Below the pieces are notes generated by a model that saw only the letters and a list, made by a program, of their open reading frames with translations, made no database searches and was not told where the DNA came from. A program made the translations under genes and the position numbers. From assembly GCA_053919585.1 (NCBI GenBank), contig CM132784.1: DNA of 64,000 nt. The stretch is one strand, 5' to 3'. The DNA is from Euprymna scolopes (Eukaryota). This document shows, piece by piece, positions 14,080-26,559 of this stretch (position 1 is the first letter of the stretch; every line of letters starts with the position of its first letter).

Positions 14080-14470
14080 CTCTTCAGATGACACACATGC
14101 CTATGGCAACACTTCTAAGATTCTTACTGATTCTGTCTCACGACAAGAATCAAAGTGTTGTAGATGTGGAAGGGCGTTGCGTTATCTTTAATACATCCGA
14201 AACGCAGTTCTTATTTTCCTTTCACCAGACCTTTGATTCTCGTTTTGACTTAGCATAAATAAATAGCTCTCTTTGAAGAAGCATCTTGCTTCGTCAAGCT
14301 CTTAAGACTGACTTTAGCCCAGACTTGAAATGGAAGATTTACATCAAATCTTTTAATAAAGTCAGTGTAAAATTGTTGGATATTTCTATCGCTCAAGGAA
14401 CTGCCCGACTGCTGATGTAATTCTATATTTAGTGTCAGATACGATCAAATGTAGATTAGAATACGTTTAC
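14080..14470 (+). mobile_element. Highly decayed CR1-group RT fragment
   Basis: SDDTHAYGNTSK and TFSPDLKWK-like segments align with family A. Confidence 0.6.
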
Positions 14471-14984
14471 AATGTATACAATCAAGTAACTAATCTATTT
14501 ATCTATCTACTATTATATAAAAGCAACTCTGTATATATCTCCCTATGAGTTCGTTCAGTAACGCCTCAAAAACGGTTATGCCGATTATTTTAAATTACAC
14601 ACGAATGCCGTTGATGTGTCTGGAAATGTTCTTACGTAAGTTTTATATCGGAATGCTTCCGATAAATATCGAAAATTCGGTATCCGATTAAAGAAGGAAG
14701 TCTGATTTGGATCAAAGTGAACACCTTTATATATCCTAGCGTCACAAGTGCATTTGAGAAATTTTATCAAAGCACAAGCAGAAAGGCTCAGCCTATAAAA
14801 TCAACGGTAGATTATTTTATAATGCAGATGCGCATTCGAAATGAATGTTTCTTTTTAGAGCACAATTGAATGATGATACTGCAGTGAAAATTGAGTGTGA
14901 CTGCAGTCACGGCGGTGGGCTGCATGTGCGAACTCGAAACCCGAGCGATGGAAGATGAGAAGGCGACCAATCAGCAGGTTCCGA

Positions 14985-15285
14985 TGCGCATTAATTTGCA
15001 TAAATAAGATAGGCAGCTAAATCCCACCCCCACACAGTAGAGATCCCTAGATGTAAAAGATCTTTCTACTCCAGTAGTTTCTTCCACAGAACCGCTAGAC
15101 TCTGGAATTCCATTCCAGGTCCCTGCTTCCCTAACTGTACTGACATGCAGAAGTTCAAGTGTAACGTGAACCGACATCTTGCTGCCCAAATCCCAACGTA
15201 TCTGACCCCAGTAGTTGCTACCCCTGATAGTAGCCCCCGACACCAAAGTGGCAATGTGCCTTGTTTGGGGTGAAAATGTAATTTT
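14985..15285 (+). mobile_element. CR1-group LINE family B, 3' fragment
   Basis: SSFFHRTARLWNSIP...DMQKFKCNVNRHL. Matches the reverse complement of 40443-40720. Confidence 0.85.
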
Positions 15286-15444
15286 TTTAAAAAATTATAT
15301 AAGGCCGGTAGTTAAGATGTTTGGGGGATCGAGCCGTTGAGTTCTCGAGAACCGGCTGGGGCCTGGTTAGAGCGGAGAGTGTCGATGAGAATCGAGTCCC
15401 AGGGTTTTTTGTTTTTTTGTCTTTTGTACGTTTAATTCAAGTGA

Positions 15445-15930
15445 ATATCTATATAAATAAAACAGTATATGCATTTGTGTGTAAAGATTTAACAGGTAAA
15501 CTCTTAAACTGCCGGTCACACAACAGTGAAATTAACAGGAAGTAGTACTTATACACCACGAATGATTTATAATGAATAAATCTTTATTTGGGGGGGGGGG
15601 GCATGAATAACGCGTACAGACATATATCGTCAAGTTGAAATGAGAAATGTTCATTTTCAACTGGCCGATATATTTGTACTTCTTTTTGCGCATGCCCACA
15701 TAAGTCATTTCTTCGAGTGTGTAAATATTTGAACTTTGTTTCTCTCGATAATAATATTGATAGAGAACGTAGTTTGACAGCAAAATGTTTTGGTTTCGAT
15801 TCTAGCTGATGGCATAAAGTCATTTTTTAATAAACTTTTGCCATTATCTCTTTGTATTAGTAAATGTGAATATCTGCATGTTTTGAAATATATTTAAGCT
15901 CATTTTACGGCAACCGGAATCAAAATATTT
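15445..15930 (+). mobile_element. Helitron-like interspersed repeat N3 (second copy ~32625-33125)
   Basis: Shared taaactcttaaact...aaattaacaggaa.tagta...gaataacgc.taca...caagttgaaatg blocks. The 33100 copy ends in a ccgagcaaggccgg hairpin. Confidence 0.6.
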
Positions 15931-16100
15931 ATTTACAAGCTCGGAAAATAAAACTTTTTTTTTAATAATTATAAAATAATTAGAAATTTTCGTAAGTAAT
16001 AAAATATAAATAATCGTTACATTTTTAGAAAACAAATATTAATTTCATGATTAGCCTCTCTGACTAAAACACAAATTTTCCGTATTTTTTATATTAACTA

Positions 16101-16665
16101 CGTCTCGCCGTTCATATTCGAAATATTGACTTTTATAATGTTTCGGGTATGCTGACACCGAATATTGCAGTTAAATTTAGGGTTGATAAATAGTTTACCA
16201 GATATGAAAACATCTTTTATCCAAAGCTAATGTAATCCCTGGCAACAACTGAGGAATTAGTGATGCGCATACGAAATGGCTTTTGCTGTAAACAACCCAA
16301 CCTCCCCATGTTAAGAACGATTTTTAGAATAAACACCCCCAAACTTTTCATGTTAAGAAAACTTTCAGAATAAACACCCTCAACCTCTCTATGTTAAGAA
16401 CAGCTTTCGGAATAAATATCCCATTTTTCCATGGGGGTGAAAATATTTGCTTTGTCGGTTCAGTTACACGCATGCGCATTAGCAACTACTGGATTGTGAA
16501 AACAAAATGGCTGCAAGGGATTACATTGGTTTTCACGTTGGATATCATATGCTTTCATATCTGGTAAACAACTTGTTAGTCTCAAATTTAACTGTGATAT
16601 TCGTTGTCAGCATACCCAAAATCTATAAAAGTCGACATTTACAATCCAAAAACCGCCACGAGACT
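16101..16665. mobile_element. Fold-back MITE with ~100-bp TIRs and an internal 3-copy minisatellite
   Basis: 16121-16215 is the reverse complement of 16545-16639. Internal atgttaagaa...agaataaacaccc occurs three times (16308-16422). Confidence 0.75.
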
Positions 16666-18122
16666 GAAATCAACCAATGAAAGGTTGAAACGAAAGCAAA
16701 CATTCGATCATAAACGGAAGTTCTCTTGCCAATTATTTTTTTAACGAAATTCAATAAAATTCAAATTTGCTCCAAACAATAAATTTTATAACGTTTATGT
16801 TCATCTACCCTGCGCCGGTAGAAGTGCAAAGCGGCGATTGTCAAGTCATTACAATAGTTTAAGTATAATTTTATTCTTTTTACATCCTATTCCTAAATCA
16901 TTCTACACCAGAACTTTACATTATTAATATTTAATTTTGATATTACTATAAGTTACCCTTAGAATTGTAAAAAAGAGAGATAGGTCTAACAAAACGTTAT
17001 AATCTGCAATAAGTGGTTTATCTATCAAACAAAATGCTGCTGTCCTTGGAAACCGAAGGCTTGATTCGGTCCCGAATTCTTTCTTTCCATTTAAAATGTG
17101 ACCTGAAAATGCGGCACTTGTGCAATACCTCGTGGTAACCACGTTTTTTGGGTTTCAATTAGGAGATTATTATTATGAAGACACATTTATTTGATGATCA
17201 GTCTGCAGCACTTTTCTCAAATCACCTCCTTTCCATTGCCACTGGTTCCATTACACTGAATAGAGGTCTTTAATTGCACAAAATATCACGTGGCCAGACA
17301 GTAAATTCAAATGGTGACCTGTTGACGAAAGTTTTCCTAGATTTTGATAAAGTTTCCGCAATATTAGATGGCTTCATGAAAGAGGAATCTTGGCCTCTAG
17401 AAATGATGCTGGTTATATTATCAATTATAATCTTTTGTCTGAGTTATCAACTCATTGATTGTGTTATTGATGAAGTTAAATTTCCTGTAGAATTCAATAC
17501 AATCGCCTATAGTGCCACATCATAACCTGATATTGAAGGAAAGAGATCAGGTTATATTATTAATGTTACAGGTATATTCAGCAGTGTTTAGATACGCACT
17601 GCTTAAATAAAAAAAATTATGTCATTAACAGAATAGATTGCTAACATCATCTTTATATCTACTGTACATTAAGTAATTAAAACAGAAAGTGATTTAACAG
17701 TTTTCAGATATGTACTATTATATAAAATAATACTAAATTCTTACATCATATTTTGAATGAAGAATGATTAAAAGATAAAGGATTAAGCTAAAAAAAAATG
17801 ATTACGGCTGCTGGCGAGACCTATATAAAATAAAACTCAGCTATTGCTCCTACCTCATGAGGGATGTGGAAAAAGAAACAATTATGAATTAATATTTTGT
17901 TTAATCAATAAGATAGTTATGCATGATGGCGGATTATTCAAATATATAATATACAACCTGGAAACGACGGGTACTTCAGATTGTGTAAAAATAATTTAAT
18001 AAAATCAACATTCGGTTCTTTGATAAGACAGGTGCGCGTTCGAAATTAATCAAGAGCACAATCAAACTATGATGCTTGACTTTTATATTTTAAGCTTTGA
18101 GTCAGCTATCATTTACAGATAA

Positions 18123-18561
18123 CTAGCGGGGATGGTTGCGCCAAGCGTTTCCAGGTCGTAAAATACGCTTAAATATGATATTTTAATTTGTCCAGATTTC
18201 GTATATATTATTATAGAGTTGTAATTTCAAAAGTGAAAAAAAGTATTTGGGTGCCATCAGCTAGAATCGAAACCTAAAACAAAATTGTAGTATTCAAATC
18301 TGGTGACTTTGCCACTGTACCAACGTGAGATGCGTATGAACTGATTAAAAATAAACTAAGATGAATGTACAAAATGCAAAACGATTTTTCTCAATTTTCA
18401 CCCCTTAAAAACTATTTTAACCGGCTAAAGACTTATAAAAAAGTCCCATAAAAAATCCAATTATTTGAGGTCCCCAGCACCGTTTTGAGACTGTTAGTTT
18501 CGGAAGAGATAGAATTTGAAAATATAGGAATAGACAAACATTGTGAGTTTTATAAATTAGA
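18123..18561 (-). mobile_element. Non-autonomous Helitron family N2 nested inside an N1 copy
   Basis: Minus strand reads A|TC...CTAG|T. Homologous to 60395-60750 and 37398-37475. Confidence 0.7.
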
Positions 18562-18902
18562 TTTTATAAAATCAACGGTAAATTTTCTACAGTACAATGT
18601 TAACTACAATATATTTTGGACTTAGCCGTGTGGGAAGCCGTGAGATACCCTCCTGCAGTGTACCGGGGGTGTCTCCAACAAGACCAGGCAATCAATTGAT
18701 TTGACTATAAAGTTGATGATTTTACCGACAATAAGAGTATGGGAGGGGAAAAGATTTCGGGATTTTCATTCAATCCCGGGCAACGTCTCTCCGTTAGTTT
18801 CTGTGATATGATGCCTTCTCTTCTCTATAGTAATGTTTTACACAGAAATGTCGTTGCTAATCTCGTTCGACTCTATTGTTATTTCTACAGTTGAGGTTAA
18901 GT

Positions 18903-19290
18903 TATTTTTATATGAGACTCATCACTTATCAAGGCTCGAAGGCTACTCAAGGATAAGGGCTAATGAATATAAGGTGGTAGTGTAGTAATCAGTAATGGTC
19001 TAAATTGGATAAAATTTTATTATTTATGGAAACAGTTCAACAAGAACTTGTTTACATTAGATTTGAAGACCACCATGATGTAATCAACCAGAAAGCAGGC
19101 CAGCGCAACAGTGTTCGACAGGCACACAGTTCTGGAAAAGAAGTTTTATTTATTGAATCTACGTTTAGATTTATGCACAGTGGGGGAAGTCGTATTTAGT
19201 GATTGTAGCTAGTCGAGGATTTTTTTGTGAAAGTTTGGCAAGGGAAAACCATAGATTGGAGTTCAGTCGAGCACTTGTTTCTTCGAATAA
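18903..19290 (-). mobile_element. CR1-group LINE family A, decayed 3' fragment
   Basis: cacttatcaaggc 3' motif and homology to the ORF2 C-terminus. Confidence 0.8.
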
Positions 19291-19439
19291 AATATTCGCA
19301 GCAGAACTGGTCTTTGTTAAACCAGCGAAGAACTTGCGTTTCTTTCTCTATGCACATAAAAATGAAAATTTCCATGAACGGAGTTTTGTTCTAATAAGTT
19401 CCCGTCTGTTGAAACCACAAGACGACTTCCTTACAGATT

Positions 19440-19645
19440 ATGAACATTCTATTGTTGGCATTTGTTTCCCCGAGAATTTTATAGTTAGAATTATTACTAG
19501 AAAGACATAAGGTACTCACGGAATGGGCCACGTGAAGGTTGTCAACATCCTAAGTGAAAAAGATTTTTGTGAAACAAACTGAATTCGAATTTGAGACACC
19601 CAGGTCGTCAGCCCATGTCGTTAACCACTGAACCATCCTCACCTT
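19440..19645 (-). mobile_element. Probable tRNA-derived SINE (body also at ~27700-27820)
   Basis: Minus strand ggtgaggaTGGTTCAGTGGttaacg...aaTTCGAATTC. The body is shared with the sequence just downstream of the receptor exon. Confidence 0.5.
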
Positions 19646-19774
19646 TCAATCCTCTTGTAATATTGTTTCATCGTCAAATTGATAATTTCATGAACTCTTT
19701 ATCGTCGAATGGTGATTGGTTTTAGTAAGTAGTTAACCAATAGTATGAGTAATATTAAACAGTGTTACTGATGC

Positions 19775-19825
<51 letters not shown>

Positions 19826-19829
19826 GTTT

Positions 19830-20260
19830 TATTTTACTTCAGTCGAAGTTCTCAGAAATAAAGGGGGTCACTACCTGGGGCTAACACTTGACCTCTATAT
19901 GAGATACTTAGATATTCGAATGTTCCATTAAAGTTCTTTATCTCTCAAACACTGAGTTAGTAAAGAAATCGAGAACATAATTTTCCTCTCCCAATTAACC
20001 ATTTTTATACGTTGTAGTTTATCTTTCATGGTTTTACTGGATTTCAGGACAAGAATTTATCTAGTCTGGTGAAGTATCCAGCTTCGTGCTATTACTTGAG
20101 GTACCATCACTTCGAGAAGGTGGGCCATTCCTCGTAAAAGCTAATCTGGGTTAGTTATAGAAAGGGCATCTTATTTGGGCTGCAAATACTATGCGATTTT
20201 GAATATTTGGTGAGGCTTACTTCTAGGAAAAAGTATCCTCATGCCAGGTTGTTTTGACAG
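19830..20260. repeat. Unclassified interspersed repeat (copies at ~49930-50430 and, inverted, ~54700-54870)
   Basis: Shared ttttactt.a.tcgaagttctcagaaa...tatatgaga...attcga.tgttc.att. Possibly a Penelope-like RT remnant; not verifiable by eye. Confidence 0.6.
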
Positions 20261-20334
20261 AGAGACCGTAGACACTCGAGGATAGTGTCCAGTAGACATT
20301 CAAGTTCTTTTCAAACATTCAAGTTCTCTACATA

Positions 20335-20367
<33 letters not shown>

Positions 20368-21511
20368 CTGTGTATGTATGTAGATAAACACTATCTTCCT
20401 CTCTAAACTCTCTCTGTATAAAGACTTCTCTACTCTCTCTTTTTCTCTCTCTTGTAAATCTGTAAATTTCAATATTGCTGTCACCACTGTTGAGCGCTAC
20501 ATATATAGATATAGACAAATAATACAACCATATACAACCCCTTTCCCTATTTGAACTTTCTCTCTCTTAACTCTATAAAAAGTAGCGATGGAAAAGATAA
20601 AATGTAATTAAATCCGAACCGAAAACGGAAATCAACAGCCGGAAGCGACAAAATGAAGACGCACATTGCAATTTGGCGGGAAAACATTTCATAATTTGCA
20701 CGTTGGAAAGATTTTATTTTATTTTGTTAAAGTTTTTGTTTACGCTATTTGTTTATTAATATTATTCTGTTTCTTTTTATTTAATAGATTTTTTTTAAAT
20801 ATTTTATACTTCTAATACATGTTTTATAATATTTTTCTAAACCTTTAATTCTTTTCCTTTTTCTCATTTTCGAAATTGTCCATGCGTCTTTATAATAGGC
20901 TTTGCCTGTCTGGTTATCGATCAATCTGTCACGCTACGGTTTAAAATAGTTCCCTCAGTGTTTAATGGTTGAATGGTTTCATCTTCTTTGAGATGCGTCT
21001 AAGCATCATTACAAAAGGCGTTAGTCTATCATGCTGAAGTTTAAAATTGCATTCTTATTGCAAATCGCACACGTTTAATGGACACATCTTTAAAATATTC
21101 AATCCTTTTCGGTGTTGAGTAACTTATTTATTTACTTTCATTAATTTCAATTGTAGTTATTTATTAATTGCCTTGAAATATATTTTCTTTTTCTTCTTGA
21201 TTTCATTTGATTTCCGCCTTCCCCGTGTATATTCTTGATTTAAAAAAGAAAAGAATGGACTATCCTATCGATTTCGACGTATGAGTTCCCTCCACAACAA
21301 CTAAGTTGTTCGGGAATCCACTCAAATGATTTGTTTATAGTTGTGAAAGCTTTGTGTAGAACTTACTACACTTTTTGGTAATCGTTGTCGGTGCAATGTC
21401 TGCCACAAGGCAGAGCATACAGTAGACCTCAGGATTTTACATGATACTTTTTCCTTCTCCTAGATGTATATCTTAACGCAAGACTAGGGGTGCATTTCTC
21501 CTAGTGAATTA

Positions 21512-21871
21512 GGCCCTGTCGGTGGGGCATTAGAATACACCGACTGCCCCCCCCCCCTGCAGAGGGTAAAAGTCCCTCAATGGGGGTCCTGGATATGACC
21601 TTAAACTATATCCAGTGGTGATGCCCCAGCTTGTGGGCTTTGGGGAGTGTGGAGCCACCCTTTAATTACCATTGCTCCCAGGTCCACTCTGACCCGGCGT
21701 GGTAGTACCTGTTACGGTCCCAACTATGCGTTAAATAGAAAATGACTTGAAAACAACAAATATATTCTATTAAAAAATTTTTCTTCAAAATCTTTGGATT
21801 CGGCATTGAATAACCCGAAAAGGGTTGATATGCCGTAAAACAAACAAACAACCAACCAACCAACCAAACAA
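21512..21871 (+). mobile_element. Complete 360-bp SINE-like retroposon with 12-bp TSD (second, truncated copy at ~53195-53467)
   Basis: cctagtgaatta at 21500-21511 and 21872-21883, a (CAAA)n(CAAC)n tail, and high similarity to 53200-53467. Confidence 0.85.
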
Positions 21872-21889
21872 CCTAGTGAATTAAACGCG

Positions 21890-22003
21890 TTCCCAGACAC
21901 CAACCTGACAATTTCTATATCTCGGTGCGGTACATACAGCGTCTAGCCTTCCCCAATGATCACCCATCTGGTACAGGCTACGTTCATCGTTGCTTAACTT
22001 CAG
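21890..22003 (-). mobile_element. 5'-truncated 5S-derived repeat, body type II-like
   Basis: gatcacccatctggtac...cgttgcttaacttc. Confidence 0.7.
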
Positions 22004-22086
22004 TTTGTTAATCTGAAAAGCTCTAAAAAGCAATCTTTTCCACTCATTTTTCTTTCTCAAAGAAGATTTCTTAGAGGGAAATTGTC

Positions 22087-22845
22087 TCTACTACTAAAGG
22101 AACTGTGTCTCTGTGTATGAGGCCGATTTTTATGAAATTTCACACGAAGGTACCTTATGTATTTGGCATGGTTTACAGATGGATTTTGCGGGAAAATATT
22201 TTCGATAAGTATCGATTATAAAAAGAGTCCGATGAACTAAGGAACAGGCGATTTTGATCAAAGTTAACATCTTATACAACCTAACATCTCAAGTGCATTT
22301 AAGACGTTTTGTTCCCACATAAGCCGAAAGGGTCGACATATAAAATAAACTGTAAGTTCTTTGATATGACAGGCGCGCGTTCGAAATGAATGTTTTGATT
22401 AAAACAAAATTACACCATCATACTTGATTTTTAAATTTTAAACTTAAATTTAAGCCATCATCACCGCACAAGCAGTAAGGACAGACATATAAAAATAAAC
22501 AGTATGTTTTTGATATTACAGGAGCGCTTTCTAAATGAATGTTTCACACAATTAAAACATAATACTTGATTTTTGCATATTAAACTTTAATTTAAGACTT
22601 TATATATAAAAATAATTTTATAAAATAGGTTCTTTACAGTGCAATGTAGACTACAGTGTGTTGTGGAATAAGTCATTGCATAAAGGCATGTGAGTCGCCC
22701 CCTGTTGCTCCGCAACGGGTCCAGAATTAGACCAGGCAATAAATCGATTTGATTGAAAACTGGGCGATGAGAAGAAAAAATATGGGAGTGTGAAACATTT
22801 ATTGATCATCATACAATTCCGGGCAATGTCGGGTCTCCCTGCTAG
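22087..22845 (+). mobile_element. Non-autonomous Helitron family N1, apparently complete
   Basis: tctactact start and ccgggcaatgtcggg hairpin followed by CTAG|T. Homologous pieces at ~14507-14870(+), 17985-18120 and 18562-18797(+), 48295-48870(-), 54072-54660(-), 57189-57395(-). Confidence 0.72.
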
Positions 22846-23318
22846 TATGTAAAAAAAGAGAAAACCTTATTATTTTAGTTCTTTCTATCCTATTAACAGG
22901 AATTCTCGGCATTTCTCCTAAATAGATTCTGACTCGTGGGTACTTCTGCTCCCTTCCGTAGACCTTTTTTCTATTTATTTTTTTTAAATAAATAACAATT
23001 TCGCCTTTGCTCAACCCGGGTGTCCATTGACGAAGGCATGCCCTTTTAATGGGGAGCCAGATATCTGTCCTCGTTTAATGAAAAATAAAGAAAACTTCTA
23101 TACGGAGATAGTTGCATTTTTGTAGCAGTTCACAGCGCCTCTGTTGAGGGAGTTGTGTTTTTGTCCACAAAAAAAAAAAACCGCATTGTGTTTAACACTG
23201 TTCTGGTGAGCAAACCAATTTAATAGAAACATTTGCTTCGTATAGCTGGTTATCAACCTAATCAACTAGCATCTCCTTATTTGGCATTGCCCTCGCAGAT
23301 ATAAAACAGCGGTGAACT

Positions 23319-23640
23319 TTTTCTTTAACTCCAACATTCAACGATTAGAAGCTATTTCGGCCTAATATTACCTTTCGGCGATAGAGGGCAAGATGTTTGA
23401 TGACCGGTTGATTCCGGAATTTAGTTGTGCTGCAGCTGATATGCCCATTAGCACCAACGCCGAAAGATCATAAAAAGCCGAAATAGCTTCTAATCGTTGA
23501 ATGCTCGAGTTAAAGAAAAAGAAGAATGCACCTGCACCACTAAATTCCAGAATTAACCGGACATACAAAATCTTGCCCTTCGTCGCCAAATGGTAATAAA
23601 AGGCCGAAATACCTTCTAATCGTTGAATGTTTGAGATACA
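23319..23640. mobile_element. Fold-back element with ~110-bp arms
   Basis: 23330-23437 pairs with 23528-23636. A third copy of the terminal 45 bp lies at 23472-23520. Confidence 0.75.
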
Positions 23641-24064
23641 CAAAACGAAGAATGATTTTTTAGATCGCCAAGTTCACCGCATCGAAGCACACATAACAAA
23701 AATCCGTCCCGTTCCCTTTTCGACGTTATAGCAAACAAGCTGGATTCAACTGACACCAGATTGCAAAGTACACCGTACGGACGTCAAGCCGATAAAAAAG
23801 AAATCGTCCACAATTGTGGAAATGCTGGCTTTTGATATTGTCAAATCCGACAGCGTTTCAATTTGTATAAGAGACGTTTTTGTCTCGTGTCCGTCAGGTT
23901 TCGAGTTTCAGACTTTTTCTTTTCTTAAACGAATGACCCCTCCCGCGCTAACCATGCACACTACAATATTCCCTACAGTTGTCAAGCGTGTAGAGATCAA
24001 AAATGTAACGAGTGATTAGCCCCATCATTTCTTTTTTTACTCACAGTCAAAAAGGAACTTCTTC

Positions 24065-24066
<2 letters not shown>

Positions 24067-24133
<67 letters not shown>
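24067..24133. repeat. (CT)n microsatellite (others at 19779-19820 and 38114-38178)
   Basis: Direct reading. Confidence 0.97.
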
Positions 24134-24136
<3 letters not shown>

Positions 24137-24799
24137 ACTCTAGAAGTCTCTCATAACACCTTGTTCACAGAAGAGTCACTTTTCTGAAATAAATAAAATA
24201 CGGGAGGTAAGTTTACTTGTATTATCTGTATTGTAACAAAATCTTACCTAATCGACGGAAACGTTGTGAAAATCACACTCAAGATAAAAACACTTGTCCG
24301 ATGAATTCAAATAATACAACCAATCCTCATCTCAAAAAATTCAGAATAATTGTTCGAATAATGTTCATACTATATCTAACTTGTCAATGTTTTGGTCATA
24401 AATGTTCAAAAGGTGCTTTATTGCCACTATGATTCAAACGTTAATCGACGATAAGTTTTTTTGTTTTTTTTTACCTGTGAAAAACAAGAGGATTAACTGA
24501 CGTTAGCTTTTCATAGACATACGTCGAAGCATTTAAAACTTCTATTTCAAACGTCAGCGTAATCGACAGACAGGACAGAACTTTTCATAGAAATAATTGG
24601 GCGCATCTCAAACGTGTTCATCCTCATGCAAAGTAAAGATTTCTCTTTGTAAACCAACGTAATCGGATATGCAATCAGGTTTGCAATGGTGGCAATTTTC
24701 CAACCCCAAAAGAATCGATACATTCATTTCGGACATCTGCTTAACAGAGATAATAGGAAATAAGCAATTCATCTTCTTTTTTTTTTAATTTTAAATCTA

Positions 24800-25160
24800 C
24801 GAGATTCCTTGCAAAAGTAATGTTTTGTATTTTTTAACTTAACACTAAAACATTGAATAGCTACCCAGACGGAAGTGATGCCATTAAAACGAGCAACATT
24901 TTGTGCTCCATGATTTATTTTTCTACATAGTCACCACCATTCACGATGCACTTTTGCTTGGTTTGATGGCTCGGTCGAAAAAGTCCGGAGCACGCTTTGT
25001 TACTCACATGTCTGTTGTTACTCTGAAATCGACAAACCCATCTTCTAACTGTGCTGCTGATCCAATGAATGTTGATCCGTTGAACTTTTTCTGCATGGAA
25101 GAATTCAATGAAGCTTCGGGTTTTTGACGCACGTCCATTACATTTTTTTTTATAGTCTCC
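24800..25160 (-). mobile_element. Internally deleted mariner-type element
   Basis: C-terminal QKCIVNGGDYVEK and an N-terminal RSFIEFFHAEKV remnant in ORF 24915-25256. Confidence 0.6.
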
Positions 25161-25168
25161 ATCCACTC

Positions 25169-25422
25169 GGGACCCGTGGAGCAGTGGATAGAGACGTTGA
25201 ATCTCTGCGGTTACAGGTGAGCATTGTCTGAACAGAGCAGTTTCAATCCTACTCAAAGCTGGTCAGAGGCTTAGTTGGCCCAAAACGTGGTGAGTGGAAA
25301 GCAGTAATTGCTGAGGATGCAGTTGGGAAATTTAGAATTCTTAACTCGTCGCGGTAACAACCTGACGAAGGCCGAAACGTTGTGAAACAACAACTGAAAG
25401 ATGGGGATAATAGTCCGCAATA
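25169..25422 (+). mobile_element. tRNA-headed, hammerhead-bearing short element, copy 1
   Basis: A-box-like TGGAGCAGTGG (25177), B-box-like AGTTTCAATCC (25239), CTGACGA-A-GGCC-GAAA-C-GTT (25362-25381), and tail gatggggataatagtccgcaata. Confidence 0.75.
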
Positions 25423-25434
25423 CAACACTTCACC

Positions 25435-25489
<55 letters not shown>

Positions 25490-26559
25490 TTTACTGAACC
25501 ATATTCTTGTTTTGTACTATTCGTACTATAAACCTTATTGTGTTACCCAACCTACAGTTCGTTTAATTATTCCACCGTGGATTTATTAATTTGCTTATAG
25601 CGAAATTTACGATTTAACAATTTCCATGAAGTTCTGTGTATCGGGGTTTGCGCGTTTCTACTTTGCTACTTACATTCTTCTATTGGATAATGGAACTGGG
25701 TAATACTTGGTTTCCTAAAAACGGTAAGCAAAACATAAAAACTGTTTTTGATGTGTTAGATAATGGAGCTGGATAAAACCGGTGTTCCAAAATAGTAAGT
25801 GAAACAAAGAACGGCCTTTGAAGTAAACGCGTACCATTTTCTTACCGGTGATATAGAATCACGTGAGTCGAATTGTAACAGAGTTCATATGAGCGCGTAT
25901 GAAAATATAATAAGCAGCCGAAACAACAGAAACAGCCTTTGAACGTGTATACTAATTGGCAAGTGTGCTCAGGCTTGCGTCTGAAGAAAAAAGAAAAAAG
26001 GCACCGCGTGGTCGAAGAGAAACAAAGTGTCCGCCGAAAGAGATGAACATACAAAATCAAGGGAGAAGAAAAGGTGCGATCAAAAAAGATGGATCTATAC
26101 TAAATTGTTGTCTATGACCGGCGTGTAGTGGGGTAAAAGTGAGATAATTAAGCTGTTGTCGAAAAGGGGAGAAAAAAGAACGGTAATAAATGATTCGAGT
26201 TTAAAAAAAAAAAAAAAAAAAAGAAAACGCCGAGTCGGATTTATTTATTTACTTTATTTGCATTTCGACTTAAGCAATGATACTAAAAACGAATTGCTTT
26301 TGGTCAGAGAAGAGTTGCAGAGAAGTTCACGTGTCAACAGAGGGTTGGCCGCATATTTTTGTCGTCATTACAACCCGCCATTTTGTTTCTCTCTCCATAA
26401 CCACAGGCTGTAAGTAACAAACAAACTGCATGTGTTTTTAAATCAACAACGGAATCGTTCTTTTTGTTACTGAGAACGAGTATACGTTCGCACGCATGAA
26501 AAAACACACTAAACGATTTTATACATACATTTCAATATAGGTTTGCTGGTTATCAAACA

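Noticed and set aside
16308-16422. CRISPR-like repeat-spacer array
   Set aside because: Degenerate minisatellite inside a MITE, with no unique spacers, no cas genes and a eukaryotic context.
16930-17600. Possible decayed transposase on the minus strand
   Set aside because: Coding-like composition, but no motif I could assign with confidence.
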